Below the pieces are notes generated by a model, which was not told where the DNA came from, ran no database searches, and was given only the letters and a program-made list of their open reading frames with translations. Made by a program: the position numbers and the translations under genes. Positions 29,017 to 38,944 of a DNA stretch of 64,000 nucleotides are shown here, one piece after another; positions within the stretch are counted from its first letter, which is position 1, and each line of letters begins with the position of its first letter. Origin of the DNA: an uncultured Acidobacteriota bacterium. Lineage in GTDB: Bacteria > Acidobacteriota > Thermoanaerobaculia > Gp7-AA8. The stretch spans positions 64,001 through 128,000 of the forward strand of contig CAWGHO010000003.1 of the NCBI GenBank assembly GCA_963822445.1, written 5' to 3'.

Positions 29017-29679
29017 CTACTTCAGGTTGATGGCCGCGAGCCGTCCCTGGACCTCGGTCTGGAGGTCGCGGGTGGTGTAAACCCACTGCGAGTAGTCCTC
29101 GGCACCGTTGAGGGCGATGAAGGACTTGCCGCTCTTGTTCGGCCGGACGCCGATGAACGGGCCCTCGTATTCCGCGGGCGAAGCGCCTTCGCGCAACTTC
29201 GAGGGAGGCATGGCCGGCGGCGTATTCGGTGGCGCATTCGGCTGCACGATCGGTTGCGCGGGCTCGAGCGCGGACTCGGGCACGAGGATCCAGTCCTCTT
29301 CCTTCCCCGTCAGCGGCATCGGGAACGAGTCACCGCTGAAGCGCAGCACGCGAGGCTGCTTCGCTTCCTTCAGCTGATCGAGAGTGGTCGGAAAGCCCTG
29401 GTGTTTGGCCTGCCAGATCGAGATCGCGCGGGCGGCCTGCTTCATCTGGAAGATGGTCTGCTTGTCGCGCTCGCGATGCATGAGCATCGACCACTGGGGC
29501 GGCACGGTGAAGGCCACGATGATGCTGATGATCGTCATGATGACGATCAGCGCGGCGAGGGTGAACCCCTCTTGATGGGTAGGCAGTAGGCGGTAGGCGG
29601 TAGGCGGTGGCTGGTTCTCCCGCCTACCGCCTACCGTCGACCGCCTACTGCTTCTAGAGCTCCGCGTAGGCGATCCCAT
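29017..29679 (-). CDS. T2SS pseudopilin-like protein
   Basis: EGFTLAALIVIM prepilin-like motif (no E5); the 5' part overlaps a heptamer repeat, so the start is uncertain. Confidence 0.8.
   Translation of the reverse strand: MGSPTRSSRSSRRSTVGGRRENQPPPTAYRLLPTHQEGFTLAALIVIMTIISIIVAFTVPPQWSMLMHRERDKQTIFQMKQAARAISIWQAKHQGFPTTLDQLKEAKQPRVLRFSGDSFPMPLTGKEEDWILVPESALEPAQPIVQPNAPPNTPPAMPPSKLREGASPAEYEGPFIGVRPNKSGKSFIALNGAEDYSQWVYTTRDLQTEVQGRLAAINLK
29578..29651. repeat. Heptamer tandem repeat (GGTAGGC)x4 plus inverted copies
   Basis: ggtaggc agtaggc ggtaggc ggtaggc ... cgcctac cgcctac cgtcgac cgcctactgc. Confidence 0.93.
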
Positions 29680-30095
29680 CGAGCGTCGTTCCTTCGGCCT
29701 TGCTCTTCACGTCGATCACGCCCGGCTGGGCCATCGCTTCCGGGTCGGGATCGGTCGTTTCCTTCGTTCGTGGGATCGTCCATGATCACGTTCCAGTCGG
29801 CCGACTTGGTGACCGGGTCCGCGGGGATGTTGCGGACGTAGTTGGGGACGAGCTCGTTCAGGTCGTTCGGGTAGCGCTGCTTGTCGGCGTAGAAGTTGTC
29901 GATGGCCTTCCGCAGCTGGAAGAGGTTGTCCTTGAGGGCCGCTTCCTGCGCTTTCCGCGTGGCATGACGCACGTTGATGATGGCCACGCCGGCCAGGATG
30001 CCGATGATCGTGACCACAACGATGAGCTCGATGAGGGAAAAGCCGGCCTGGGAGCGGCGTGCGCGGCCTTTGCCGGCCGTGAGTTCGTGAGTCAT
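29654..30095 (-). CDS. gspG: GspG-like pseudopilin (frameshift at ~29760)
   Basis: AGFSLIELIVVVTIIGIL...LRKAIDNFYADKQRYP...IPADPVT; the shifted frame ends VIDVKS...LDGIAYAEL*. Confidence 0.85.
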
Positions 30096-30103
30096 CGCGT
30101 CAG

Positions 30104-30619
30104 TCACCATTCGTTGTAATGCGTCTTGCCGTCGAGAGCCAGCGCTGTGGAAGTTGAGTGGATCTCGAAGACGTGGTCGGCACTGCAGGAGTCGCCGACC
30201 GTGCACGTGTTCGAGAAAGTCGATTCCGGATCGTCTGTCGTGGACAGGACGATCCATTCCGCGCGGCCGGTCATGGGATCGATGAGATCGCGCTCGCGAA
30301 TCAGCTTGACGATCTTGCCGTCGGTCATCTCGATGCCTTTGAGCAGCTCGTCGAGCGATTTCGGATAGCCCTCCGACTTGAGGGCCTGCATCTCCGCCGG
30401 ACGCACGGGCATGGCCGGGTTCATGGTCATCAGCTCGCGGTACCGGTCGACGGCCTCGGTGATCTTGCGCAGGCGATCGCGCAACTCGATTTCCTTCTGA
30501 CGCCGGAGGCTGACGCGAGCGACCGGCAGGGCCACCGCGGCGAGGATGCCGATGATGGCCACGACGGTGATCAACTCGGCGATCGTGAAGCCGCGGTTCT
30601 TCGAGGTCCGGGTGAACAT
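30104..30619 (-). CDS. GspG-like pseudopilin
   Basis: RGFTIAELI...YPKSLDEL...DPMTG...ALDGKTHYNEW. Confidence 0.88.
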   Translation of the reverse strand: MFTRTSKNRGFTIAELITVVAIIGILAAVALPVARVSLRRQKEIELRDRLRKITEAVDRYRELMTMNPAMPVRPAEMQALKSEGYPKSLDELLKGIEMTDGKIVKLIRERDLIDPMTGRAEWIVLSTTDDPESTFSNTCTVGDSCSADHVFEIHSTSTALALDGKTHYNEW

Positions 30620-30622
30620 GAC

Positions 30623-33154
30623 TTACTGGACGCGCGCGCGGCCTCCGGCCACGGCCGCCATGACGGCCTGACCTTCACCGTTGCGGAAATCGGGGTTGTC
30701 CATGACCAGGAAGGTCTCGCCGGTCAGTCCACCATGGACGCGAACGGCCAGAACCTGGCCGCCGCCGGCGAACGTCAGCGGCTTGCCGTTGCTGTTCTTG
30801 ACGCGGATCGTGCCGTTCGTCGCGTCGACGGTGACGACCGGCGGCGCGGCGGGATCGATCGCGAGAGCATTGCCCAACACGACCTCGGTCGCGGTCATCG
30901 CCCGCGGATCGAAACGGAACAACAGCTCCGACGCGACGAGACCTTCGAGGTCCATCCCGATGACGTTCCAGACCTTGCTCTCGCCGGGGCCGAGGCTCAG
31001 CGACGACGGCTGCGGGCCGATGCGCGGCGCGAGGCGAAGCGCGCCGGTGTCGGGTTCTGCATCGACCGAGGCCGCGGCCACCTTCAGCGTGGGAGATTCT
31101 TTTTCGAGCGACGCCTGAGGCTCGGGATTCGGATTCTGGTTCTCATTCTGGTTCTGATTCACGGGCGGGCGGCGGAACGGATCCGCCGGTCCCGTTCCAG
31201 CGGGCGGCTGCGGCGGGACAGGCGCCGGCGTCGCGGACTCGGGCTGGATGTAGTTGCCAGGCTCGCCATCCGGGGAAGGCTGCAGTCCGCGCGGATTCGG
31301 ATTGGCCTGCTGCACCGCGAACGGATCGCCGTTGGTGTTCTGGGACTCGATGCGCGGCGACACGCCACGGAAGGTGAGGTTGTTGCCCGTGCCGACCCAC
31401 ATCGGAGCCATGTCTTCCTCGGTGATGTCCGGGATGCGGATGATGTGCGGGGTCATGGTCAGCACGAGATCGGTGCGGCGGTCGTCGTGGCTGGTCTTGG
31501 TGAATGCGCGTCCGATGAAGGGGAGGTCGCCGAGGAAGGGGGTCTTCGTGCTGGAGCTGGACTTGTTCTGCTGAATGAGCCCGGCCAGGAAGTTCGTCTC
31601 GCCGTCCATCAGGCGGATCGTCGACTCGATGGTGCGCGTGCCGAACGTCGGCTGGTCCTGATTGGGGCCGACGCGCTCGCCGACGTTGGAGACTTCGACG
31701 GTGAGCTTGAGCGTGACCTCGCGGTTGTGGTGCACGCGCGGCTCCATGGCCACCTTGATGCCGACGTCCTGGTACTGATACGAGGTGTAAGGCGTGGCCA
31801 GGTTGTTCTGCCCCGGCTGGGTGCCGGTGACGCCCGGGTTGTAGCCGGCGATGGTGGTGACCGGAACGGGGATGCGCTGGCCGATGTGCAGCGTGGCCTT
31901 TTCACCCTCGGAGATGCGCAGCTCGGGATTCGCGAGCAGCTCGCTGTCGCCGAGAGTCTTGAGCAGGGAATAGGTCGCCGCGGGAATGGTGACGCTCATG
32001 TTGTTGCGGATGCTGTCGAGCGTCCCGGCGATGTTGGCGATGTCCGACAGCGAGCCGCCGGTGAACGGCGAGATGACTTTTTTGCCGGCGCTGTCGGTGG
32101 TCTCGTGGAGGAGGCCGATGCCGCCCGCGCCGCCGCTGACCGGAGTCACGGCGAAGCCGATGTCGCGAATCTTGGTGAGGTTCAGCTCGATCAGCTCCAC
32201 CTGCACGACCACTTCGGCTTTGGCCTTGTCGTTCGCTTCGATGATCTTCTCGGCGATGCGGACCTTGTCGGCGGTGTCGCGGATGGTGATGGCGTTGAGC
32301 GCCTTCAGAGGGAAGACGTTGCGCGCCTCGATCATCGTCCGGACGACGTTGGTGACCTGCTCGGCGTCGCCGTTCGACAGGTAGAACGTGCGGATGACCA
32401 GGTCCTCGTAATCGCGGCGGGCCTGGGGGTTGTCCGGGACGATGATGATGGTCTTCTCGTCGAGGACTTTGTAGAAGTGATTGGCGGCCTGCATCACGCG
32501 CTCGAGGGCCTGCTGCGCGGTGACGTCGCGCAGGTCGATGGTGATGCGATCGTCCTTGACGGCCTGATCGAACAGGATGTTGATGCCGAAGGCGTTGCCG
32601 AGAGCTTTGTAGATTTCCTTGACGTTCGTGTCGCGCGAGAACGAGAGCGTGATCGGCTCGGTCGACGCGGGATTGAGCTGCGGCGGCTGGGCCTTGCTCA
32701 TGTTCGCGGCGGAGCGTTTCTTCACGTCATCTACGGAGACGCGCTCGTTCGCCGCGCGCTGGATGTCGTTCGCGAGCTGCACGGCCTTGGAGAGCTCGAC
32801 GGCCGCCCACTGGTTGGTCGGATCGAGCTTGACCGTGAGCTGAAGCTCGGTGATGGCCATCTGCACGAGACGGAACTGGTCGGCGCCGCGCGACGCGACG
32901 GCCGAGGCATGCAGGCTCTTCCCCTTGCTGAAGTGAGCGCGGGACGCTTCGCGGCGGGCGCGGTCGAGCGAGATCTTGTACTTCCGGTTCCCCGGGTCGA
33001 CTTCCAGCGCCTTCTCGTACTCCACGACCGCGACGTCCCAGTTCCCGTCGCGCTCCGCGGTTTGTGCGTTCTTGTACGCGTTGTAGCTCGCGCACGAGAT
33101 CGTGAGCGTTGAGATCAACAGCAGCGCCGCTACATTGGTCAATCGTCGATTCAT
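30623..33154 (-). CDS. gspD: Secretin (GspD-type lipoprotein with TPR N-terminus and cohesin-like C-terminus)
   Basis: Lipobox ISC; TPR; LLANPELR...YQDVGIK...KTPFLGDLPFIGRAF...MTPHII. Confidence 0.92.
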   Translation of the reverse strand: MNRRLTNVAALLLISTLTISCASYNAYKNAQTAERDGNWDVAVVEYEKALEVDPGNRKYKISLDRARREASRAHFSKGKSLHASAVASRGADQFRLVQMAITELQLTVKLDPTNQWAAVELSKAVQLANDIQRAANERVSVDDVKKRSAANMSKAQPPQLNPASTEPITLSFSRDTNVKEIYKALGNAFGINILFDQAVKDDRITIDLRDVTAQQALERVMQAANHFYKVLDEKTIIIVPDNPQARRDYEDLVIRTFYLSNGDAEQVTNVVRTMIEARNVFPLKALNAITIRDTADKVRIAEKIIEANDKAKAEVVVQVELIELNLTKIRDIGFAVTPVSGGAGGIGLLHETTDSAGKKVISPFTGGSLSDIANIAGTLDSIRNNMSVTIPAATYSLLKTLGDSELLANPELRISEGEKATLHIGQRIPVPVTTIAGYNPGVTGTQPGQNNLATPYTSYQYQDVGIKVAMEPRVHHNREVTLKLTVEVSNVGERVGPNQDQPTFGTRTIESTIRLMDGETNFLAGLIQQNKSSSSTKTPFLGDLPFIGRAFTKTSHDDRRTDLVLTMTPHIIRIPDITEEDMAPMWVGTGNNLTFRGVSPRIESQNTNGDPFAVQQANPNPRGLQPSPDGEPGNYIQPESATPAPVPPQPPAGTGPADPFRRPPVNQNQNENQNPNPEPQASLEKESPTLKVAAASVDAEPDTGALRLAPRIGPQPSSLSLGPGESKVWNVIGMDLEGLVASELLFRFDPRAMTATEVVLGNALAIDPAAPPVVTVDATNGTIRVKNSNGKPLTFAGGGQVLAVRVHGGLTGETFLVMDNPDFRNGEGQAVMAAVAGGRARVQ

Positions 33155-33206
33155 TTCGTTTTGTCCTGACTTGTGCTGCTCTTCTGACGCCCTTCGGGCC
33201 CAAACG

Positions 33207-33897
33207 TCACTGCTGCTGACCCAGCGGAATGCGCTGGCGCTGATCGGGCGGGAAACCGACGAAACCGATTTCCGCCGACTCGATGCCGATGTGACGCAGG
33301 ATGAATTTGCCTTCGATGATGTCGCCGACGCGGGCGTTGACGATCTCGCCGTCCCGCGCGAACGTCGCGATCGGGGCTCCGGGCCGGGCCGAACACGCCG
33401 ATGAACTTGTACGTGAACGCCGGCGGCGGAGGCGGAGGAGGAATCGGCGCGACTTCGCCGTCGTCATCGCACGCGGTGCCCTTGCTGTCGCCGTCGACGT
33501 CGCGCTGATCGGGGTTGGCCACGGCGACGCAGTTGTCGCGGAAATCAGGCACGCCGTCCTTGTCCCCGTCGGGCGGTGGCGGTGGAGGAGGTTCCGGTTT
33601 CGGCGGCGGAGGAGGAGGCGGCTCGACGTACGCGAAGATGTTGCGATCGCTCCTGTAGCTGCCGCTCTCCGCTTCGAGAAGATCGATGCGGATCGGGGTT
33701 ACGCCGGGAGTGCGCGAAGCCGCGGTTCTCCGCGCACGAGTGCTGTCGCCAGGCACGCTGGTGTCCTCGGGATCGGTCGTCGTCGCGGGCGTCTCCGCCG
33801 GCGCGTTGTCGGGCGACGCGAAGGTGTAAATGGCGAAGAGGACGATGAGAACCATCGCCACGGCGGACAGCGTCTTCCAGTTCATCCAGTTCATCAC
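33207..33897 (-). CDS. T2SS-associated bitopic protein with poly-Pro and a thrombospondin type-3 repeat (frameshift at ~33380)
   Basis: N-terminal TM; RNIF; DGDKDGVPDFRDNCVAVANPDQRDVDGD..GTACD; C-terminal YKFIG..GDIIEGKFIL..IGIES. Confidence 0.8.
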
Positions 33898-34517
33898 AGA
33901 CGGGTATTCGGACCGCTGCTCGCAGTGCGGGCATCGTCCTCGCGGAAAAGCGTCTTCACGAGAAGGCTGAGGTCGAGATTCTGGCCCTCGCGGGCGGCGA
34001 GGCTGATCTGACTGATGATCACGAACTGATGGGACAGCTCGAGGAGGTTGATCAGCCGGCGGACCTGTTCATACGTCCCCTGGACGCCGAAGGTGATGCC
34101 CACCTCGGTCGCGCCGATGGAGGCGCGCTTCACGCGGCGCTGCGGATCCACCGCCGCTTTCTTCACCAGGACGTCGCTCTGGTTGAAGGTGATCGTCGTG
34201 GGAATGAGGCTGCTGGCGACGGTGAGCCGCTTCACTTCCGCGATCATCGCCGTCAGCCGCTCGGACTGCGTGGCCCAGTGCTGGTTGTAGATGCGATCGA
34301 CGTCGGTCTCGATCTGTTTGTAGCCGCGATAGGTCTGCTCCGCGCGAATCCGCGCGGTCCGGGCCTGTTCCAACTGCCCCTCGGCCTGCGCGAGGCGGTC
34401 ATCGAGCGCCTGCAGACGGCTCTGGTACTGCACGCGATAGGTGAAGAAGAAGGCGAGGTTGGCAAAGAGCAGGACGCCGAGGACGATCAGGAGGACCCGT
34501 TTTTCGCGCCAGATCAT
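33894..34517 (-). CDS. PilO/GspM-like protein
   Basis: TM + coiled coil + GTYEQVRRLINLLE; operon position. Confidence 0.8.
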   Translation of the reverse strand: MIWREKRVLLIVLGVLLFANLAFFFTYRVQYQSRLQALDDRLAQAEGQLEQARTARIRAEQTYRGYKQIETDVDRIYNQHWATQSERLTAMIAEVKRLTVASSLIPTTITFNQSDVLVKKAAVDPQRRVKRASIGATEVGITFGVQGTYEQVRRLINLLELSHQFVIISQISLAAREGQNLDLSLLVKTLFREDDARTASSGPNTRL

Positions 34518-35116
34518 CGCTTCACCCCGGCGCTGGTCAGAACGTGCGACGCCGGTACTGCCGGCCGGTAGCCGACGTTCAGATTGAACGAGTAGATCCC
34601 TTCGGGCGAAACGGACTCGTTGGTCGGAAACGGGTTATGAAACTGCGTGTCGGCGTGCATCCGGTTGATCGTGTTGATCATGCCGTTGCCCGACTTCGAC
34701 TGGAAAGCCAGAGTCAGATGGATGGTGTTGTCGTCGCCGAACGCCGGTGCCACCGTCAGCAGGCGCACATCCCTGTCGAGCACCGATTCCAGCTCATCGA
34801 GGAGGGCGCTCCAGGAAAACGCGCGCTCGATCAGCTTTGCGTTCACGAACTTCGTCTGTTCGTCGAGGAACGCCAGATCGACGCTGGCAAGACGCGTCTG
34901 CGCGGACTTTTCGAGCTCCTTCTCGCGGCTGTACTGCGCCTCGAGCTCGGCGATCTTCGTGCGAGTGTTCTTCGTCTCGACGTTGTAGCGGAGCCAGGTG
35001 TCGAAGTTGAACCAGGCCAGCACGAGCATCAGCACGAACATCGATGCGGCCACGATCGTGACGGGCGTGTAGTCGCGATAGGGACGCGACGCGAGGTTGA
35101 GATGGATCGGCTTCAC
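34514..35116 (-). CDS. PilN-like protein
   Basis: IHLNLASRPY, TM, coiled coil, SWSALLDELE. Confidence 0.82.
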   Translation of the reverse strand: MKPIHLNLASRPYRDYTPVTIVAASMFVLMLVLAWFNFDTWLRYNVETKNTRTKIAELEAQYSREKELEKSAQTRLASVDLAFLDEQTKFVNAKLIERAFSWSALLDELESVLDRDVRLLTVAPAFGDDNTIHLTLAFQSKSGNGMINTINRMHADTQFHNPFPTNESVSPEGIYSFNLNVGYRPAVPASHVLTSAGVKR

Positions 35117-36006
35117 CCGGTGAAAACTCCTGTGCAGGCGGTGAGCTCCGCGTCGAGACCGGACAGGTCGGCGGGCACGTCGTCGACGTAATCGCGAACC
35201 GCGACGCGCCGGACCTGGGTATTGAATTCCTCGGCCAGCACGGCGTGAACGTCATCGCCGCGGCGCCCGGCCACGTAGCAGTTGGTGAAGGTCGCCGCGG
35301 CGAGCGCGTCGCGGAGATAGCTCGCCGAAAGGCGGATCTCCTGCTCCAGGGTTCTGTCTCTGCTCAGATTGCGCGAGCGGATGAAGACCGGATTCGCTCC
35401 ACGGAAAACAGCGGTGGTGAAGTCCTCGTCGCGAACGTAGACGAAGAGGCGATCGTCATTGGTGTCGGCCTCGTGAACCACGATGGCATTCCAGATGTTG
35501 AGACCGACCGGCTCGATCAGGATCACGTCGAGGCCTGCCGCGGCGAAGACGCGCTCGATCGCACTGAGCGTCGCTTCCAGCGCGCTGATGACCAGCACCT
35601 TCGCGCCCTGACCGGAGCGGGAGAGGACCGTGTAGGCAACGCGAAGCTGCTCCGGCGGAATCGGAAGCGTGCGCTTGAGGCTCCAGCGGACCACGTCCAT
35701 CGCATCCGCGGGACGGTCCGGGAGGGAGGGCAGCTCGACGATGTTGATGCGGAACCAGGAGTCGGGAAGCAGGAGCGACACGCGGTCCCACTTGCCGGTC
35801 TCCATCTTCATGCGCCGCAGCGCTTCGACCAGCGAAGCCTCGTTGGTCAGCTGCGGCGTGACCATGCCGGCGGTGAAAGTGTCCGCGGCGAGACGATACG
35901 TCTTCGCGTTGACGACTTTCGGATTCTTCACGCCGCGGCCGAAGCGTGCATGCACGAGACCGTCGGAATCGAGGACGAGGACGTCCGGAGGAAAAGAGCG
36001 GGCCAT
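35113..36006 (-). CDS. PilM/GspL-like actin-fold protein
   Basis: VSLLLPD..VRWSLKRTLP..IERVFAAAGL; located between the ATPase and pilN. Confidence 0.8.
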   Translation of the reverse strand: MARSFPPDVLVLDSDGLVHARFGRGVKNPKVVNAKTYRLAADTFTAGMVTPQLTNEASLVEALRRMKMETGKWDRVSLLLPDSWFRINIVELPSLPDRPADAMDVVRWSLKRTLPIPPEQLRVAYTVLSRSGQGAKVLVISALEATLSAIERVFAAAGLDVILIEPVGLNIWNAIVVHEADTNDDRLFVYVRDEDFTTAVFRGANPVFIRSRNLSRDRTLEQEIRLSASYLRDALAAATFTNCYVAGRRGDDVHAVLAEEFNTQVRRVAVRDYVDDVPADLSGLDAELTACTGVFTG

Positions 36007-36007
36007 A

Positions 36008-37633
36008 TCAGTCGACGAACGTCACCTTGTTGATCTCTCTCAGCGTGGTCTTGCCCTGGGCGACTTTCAGGAGGGCCGACTCGCGAAGGAAGGTCATGCC
36101 TTCCTCTTTCGCGGCCTTCTTGATCTCTGATGCGGGACGCCGGTCGAGAATCATTCCTCGAATACGATCGGAGAGGTCGAGAAGTTCCGAAATTGCCGAG
36201 CGGCCGTGGAAACCGGTGCCGTTGCATTCGAGACAGCCGGCGCCCTCGTAAAACGTCTTGTTGCGATACTCGGCCGGGTCGAGACCCGACTCGACGAGGA
36301 ACGAGTCCTGGTACTTCGTCTCGCGCTTGCAGTGATCGCAGATCCGGCGCACGAGACGCTGGGCGAGCACGCAGTTCAGCGCGGACACGAAGTTGTAGAG
36401 GTCGACCTTCATGTTCAGGAAGCGGCCCAGAACGTCGACGACGTTGTTCGCGTGAACGGTGGTGAAGACGAGGTGGCCGGTCAGCGCCGACTGCACGGCG
36501 ATCTGCGCGGTCTCTTCGTCGCGGATCTCACCGACCATGATCTTGTCGGGGTCGTGGCGGAGGATCGAGCGCAGGCCGCGGGCGAAGGTGAGGCCCTTCT
36601 TCTCGTTGACCGGAATCTGGGTGATGCCGCGCAGCTGGTATTCGACCGGGTCCTCGATCGTGACGATCTTGTCTTCCGACGACTGGATCTCGGAGAGCGC
36701 GGCGTAAAGCGTGGTGGTCTTGCCCGAGCCGGTGGGACCGGTGACGAGCACCATGCCGTACGGCTCTTTGATGAACTTGCGGAAGCGGACCAGCATCCCC
36801 TCGTCGAAGCCGAGGATGTCCAGGCGGAGGTTCTTGAACTCCTTGGACATCGACTCCTTGTCGAGAATACGGATGACGCAGTCCTCGCCGTGGGCGGTGG
36901 GAATGATCGAGACGCGGAAGTCGATGGTGCGGCCGGTGATGCGCAGCTTGAAGCGGCCGTCCTGGGGGACGCGCTTTTCGGCGATGTCCAGCTCCGACAT
37001 GATCTTGATACGGCTGATGATCGTGGCGTGATGGCGCTTGTCGATCGGCTCGAGGGCTTCGTAGAGCACGCCGTCGATGCGGTACTTGATGACCACCTCG
37101 TTGTCGCGGGTCTCGATGTGAATGTCCGAGGCCCGGCGCTGGATGGCGTTGAAGACGATGGAGTCGACGAGCTTGATGATCGGCGACGTTTCCTGCTGCG
37201 TGATCGAGTCGATCGTGACCGTCTCTTCGCCGTCCTCGTCTTCGGCGACGAGCTGCATGCGGAAGCCTTCCGTGGCTTCGTCGAGAACGCGCTGGGTCGA
37301 CTCGGAGCGCTGCAATTTGTCTCGAATCGCCGCCGGTGAGGCGACCTTGACGATCAGCGGCGCGCCGAGGAGGAGCTCCAGCTCGTCGAGCTTGAGGACG
37401 TCCGTCGGGTCGCCGACGACCACGGAGATGCGATCGTCTTCGCGATGCTCCGGCAGGAACTGATAGCGGATCATCAGGTCGAGCGGGATGTCGCGGAAGA
37501 GCTGGTGATCGCCCTGGAAGTGCTCCAGGTCGACGTACGGGAAGCCGTATTGCTCCGCCAGGCGGCGCGCGCGGGCGGCCTCTCCGGTCGGATCGGCGTT
37601 CTTGTAGAGAGTGCGGTTCGGGTCAGCGACCAT
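36008..37633 (-). CDS. gspE: GspE/PilB assembly ATPase
   Basis: ASDIHIE, GPTGSGKTTTLY, TIEDPVE, LRHDPDKIMVGEIRD, tetracysteine motif. Confidence 0.96.
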   Translation of the reverse strand: MVADPNRTLYKNADPTGEAARARRLAEQYGFPYVDLEHFQGDHQLFRDIPLDLMIRYQFLPEHREDDRISVVVGDPTDVLKLDELELLLGAPLIVKVASPAAIRDKLQRSESTQRVLDEATEGFRMQLVAEDEDGEETVTIDSITQQETSPIIKLVDSIVFNAIQRRASDIHIETRDNEVVIKYRIDGVLYEALEPIDKRHHATIISRIKIMSELDIAEKRVPQDGRFKLRITGRTIDFRVSIIPTAHGEDCVIRILDKESMSKEFKNLRLDILGFDEGMLVRFRKFIKEPYGMVLVTGPTGSGKTTTLYAALSEIQSSEDKIVTIEDPVEYQLRGITQIPVNEKKGLTFARGLRSILRHDPDKIMVGEIRDEETAQIAVQSALTGHLVFTTVHANNVVDVLGRFLNMKVDLYNFVSALNCVLAQRLVRRICDHCKRETKYQDSFLVESGLDPAEYRNKTFYEGAGCLECNGTGFHGRSAISELLDLSDRIRGMILDRRPASEIKKAAKEEGMTFLRESALLKVAQGKTTLREINKVTFVD

Positions 37634-37651
37634 GGTTGTCCAAAAGAAGAA

Positions 37652-38863
37652 TCACCCGGCCTCGCCGACCGAGGAGAGTCGGAAGAGCGGGAGGTAAAAC
37701 GCGTAGAGAAGAAGGGCGATGACGCCGCCCATGATCACCAGGATGATCGGCTCGAGCGCCGCCACCATACGGGAGAGTCTGGCTTCGATTTCCTCGTCGT
37801 AGAACTCGCTTACATTGGCGAGCATTTCCGTGAGGGCACCCGTCGATTCACCGACTTTCATCATCTCGATGGCCAGGTCGCTGATGACGCCCGTGTTGTC
37901 CAGCGAGCGCCACAGTGGCTCGCCTTCGCGGACGTTCTGCACGATCCCCTGAATCTTCGTGGCCACGAGCTGATTGCTGATCGACTGCGAGGCGATCTCG
38001 ATCGCGGGAACCATCGGTGTGCCGCCCGCAAGTAGCGTTCCCAGCGATTGGGTGAACTGCATGATCGCGAAACGGTGCAGCACGCCACCGGCGAACGGGA
38101 TCTTGAGCTTGATGCGGTCCCAGAGCAGGCGGCCGGAGGTCTTGACCCAGTAATTGACGAGGATGAACGCGAGAATCGTCCCGCCGACGACCAGGAGGAT
38201 GTTGTCCCGCAAGGTCGTGGCGATGGTGATCATCACCCGCGTGAACCAGGGCAGCTCGGCGCCGAACCCTTCGAAGAACGTGGCGAACTTCGGGATGACG
38301 AAAGTGATCATCACGAAGATCATGGCCGCCGACAGAAGGATGAGGATGGCCGGGTAGACCATCGCCCCGATCACCCGTTTGCGCAGGTTGACCAGCAGCT
38401 TCTGATAGCGGAGGAAGCGCTTGAGCACGCCTTCCAGGTCGCCGGAGCGCTCACCGGCGCGCAGGGACGTGGCGTAAATCGGCGGAAAGAGGTTGCCGTA
38501 CGAGGCGAACGCGTCGGAAAGGGCGATGCCCGAGGTGATCTTCTCGCGGATGTCGTTGAGGATGTCCCGGAAGCGCTTGTCCTTCTGCCGCTCGAGCATG
38601 ATGTCGAAGGACTGGACGATGGGCAGGCCGGCCCGGACCAGCGCCAGCAGCTCCTGATTGAAGAGAAGGAAGCGCTCGATGGAGATCGCTTTGCCGAAGC
38701 GGGGGAGGTAGTCGCCGAAGGCAAACGCGCCGCGGCGGGCTTCGAAGACGTGCAGACCCTGCCGCTGCATCTCCTCCTGGGCTGCACGGATGGACTCCGC
38801 GCGCACCTGCCGCTCGACGACTTCTCCGTCGGCGGTGCCGACTCTCACGATGAATTCAGGCAT
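37652..38863 (-). CDS. gspF: GspF/PilC inner-membrane platform protein
   Basis: AGERSGDL, YPAIL, VGESTGAL, LEP motifs. Confidence 0.95.
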   Translation of the reverse strand: MPEFIVRVGTADGEVVERQVRAESIRAAQEEMQRQGLHVFEARRGAFAFGDYLPRFGKAISIERFLLFNQELLALVRAGLPIVQSFDIMLERQKDKRFRDILNDIREKITSGIALSDAFASYGNLFPPIYATSLRAGERSGDLEGVLKRFLRYQKLLVNLRKRVIGAMVYPAILILLSAAMIFVMITFVIPKFATFFEGFGAELPWFTRVMITIATTLRDNILLVVGGTILAFILVNYWVKTSGRLLWDRIKLKIPFAGGVLHRFAIMQFTQSLGTLLAGGTPMVPAIEIASQSISNQLVATKIQGIVQNVREGEPLWRSLDNTGVISDLAIEMMKVGESTGALTEMLANVSEFYDEEIEARLSRMVAALEPIILVIMGGVIALLLYAFYLPLFRLSSVGEAG

Positions 38864-38944
38864 CTAAGGCTTTCGGTTACCTCGACTTGGACGCGCGAAC
38901 GGGGGAAACGTTCCGGCGAGGCGTGTGCGTAGAACCAAAGAGGT

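Noticed and set aside
1484-29651. Short repeat arrays as CRISPR
   Set aside because: Units are 7-8 bp and contiguous with no unique spacers; no cas genes.
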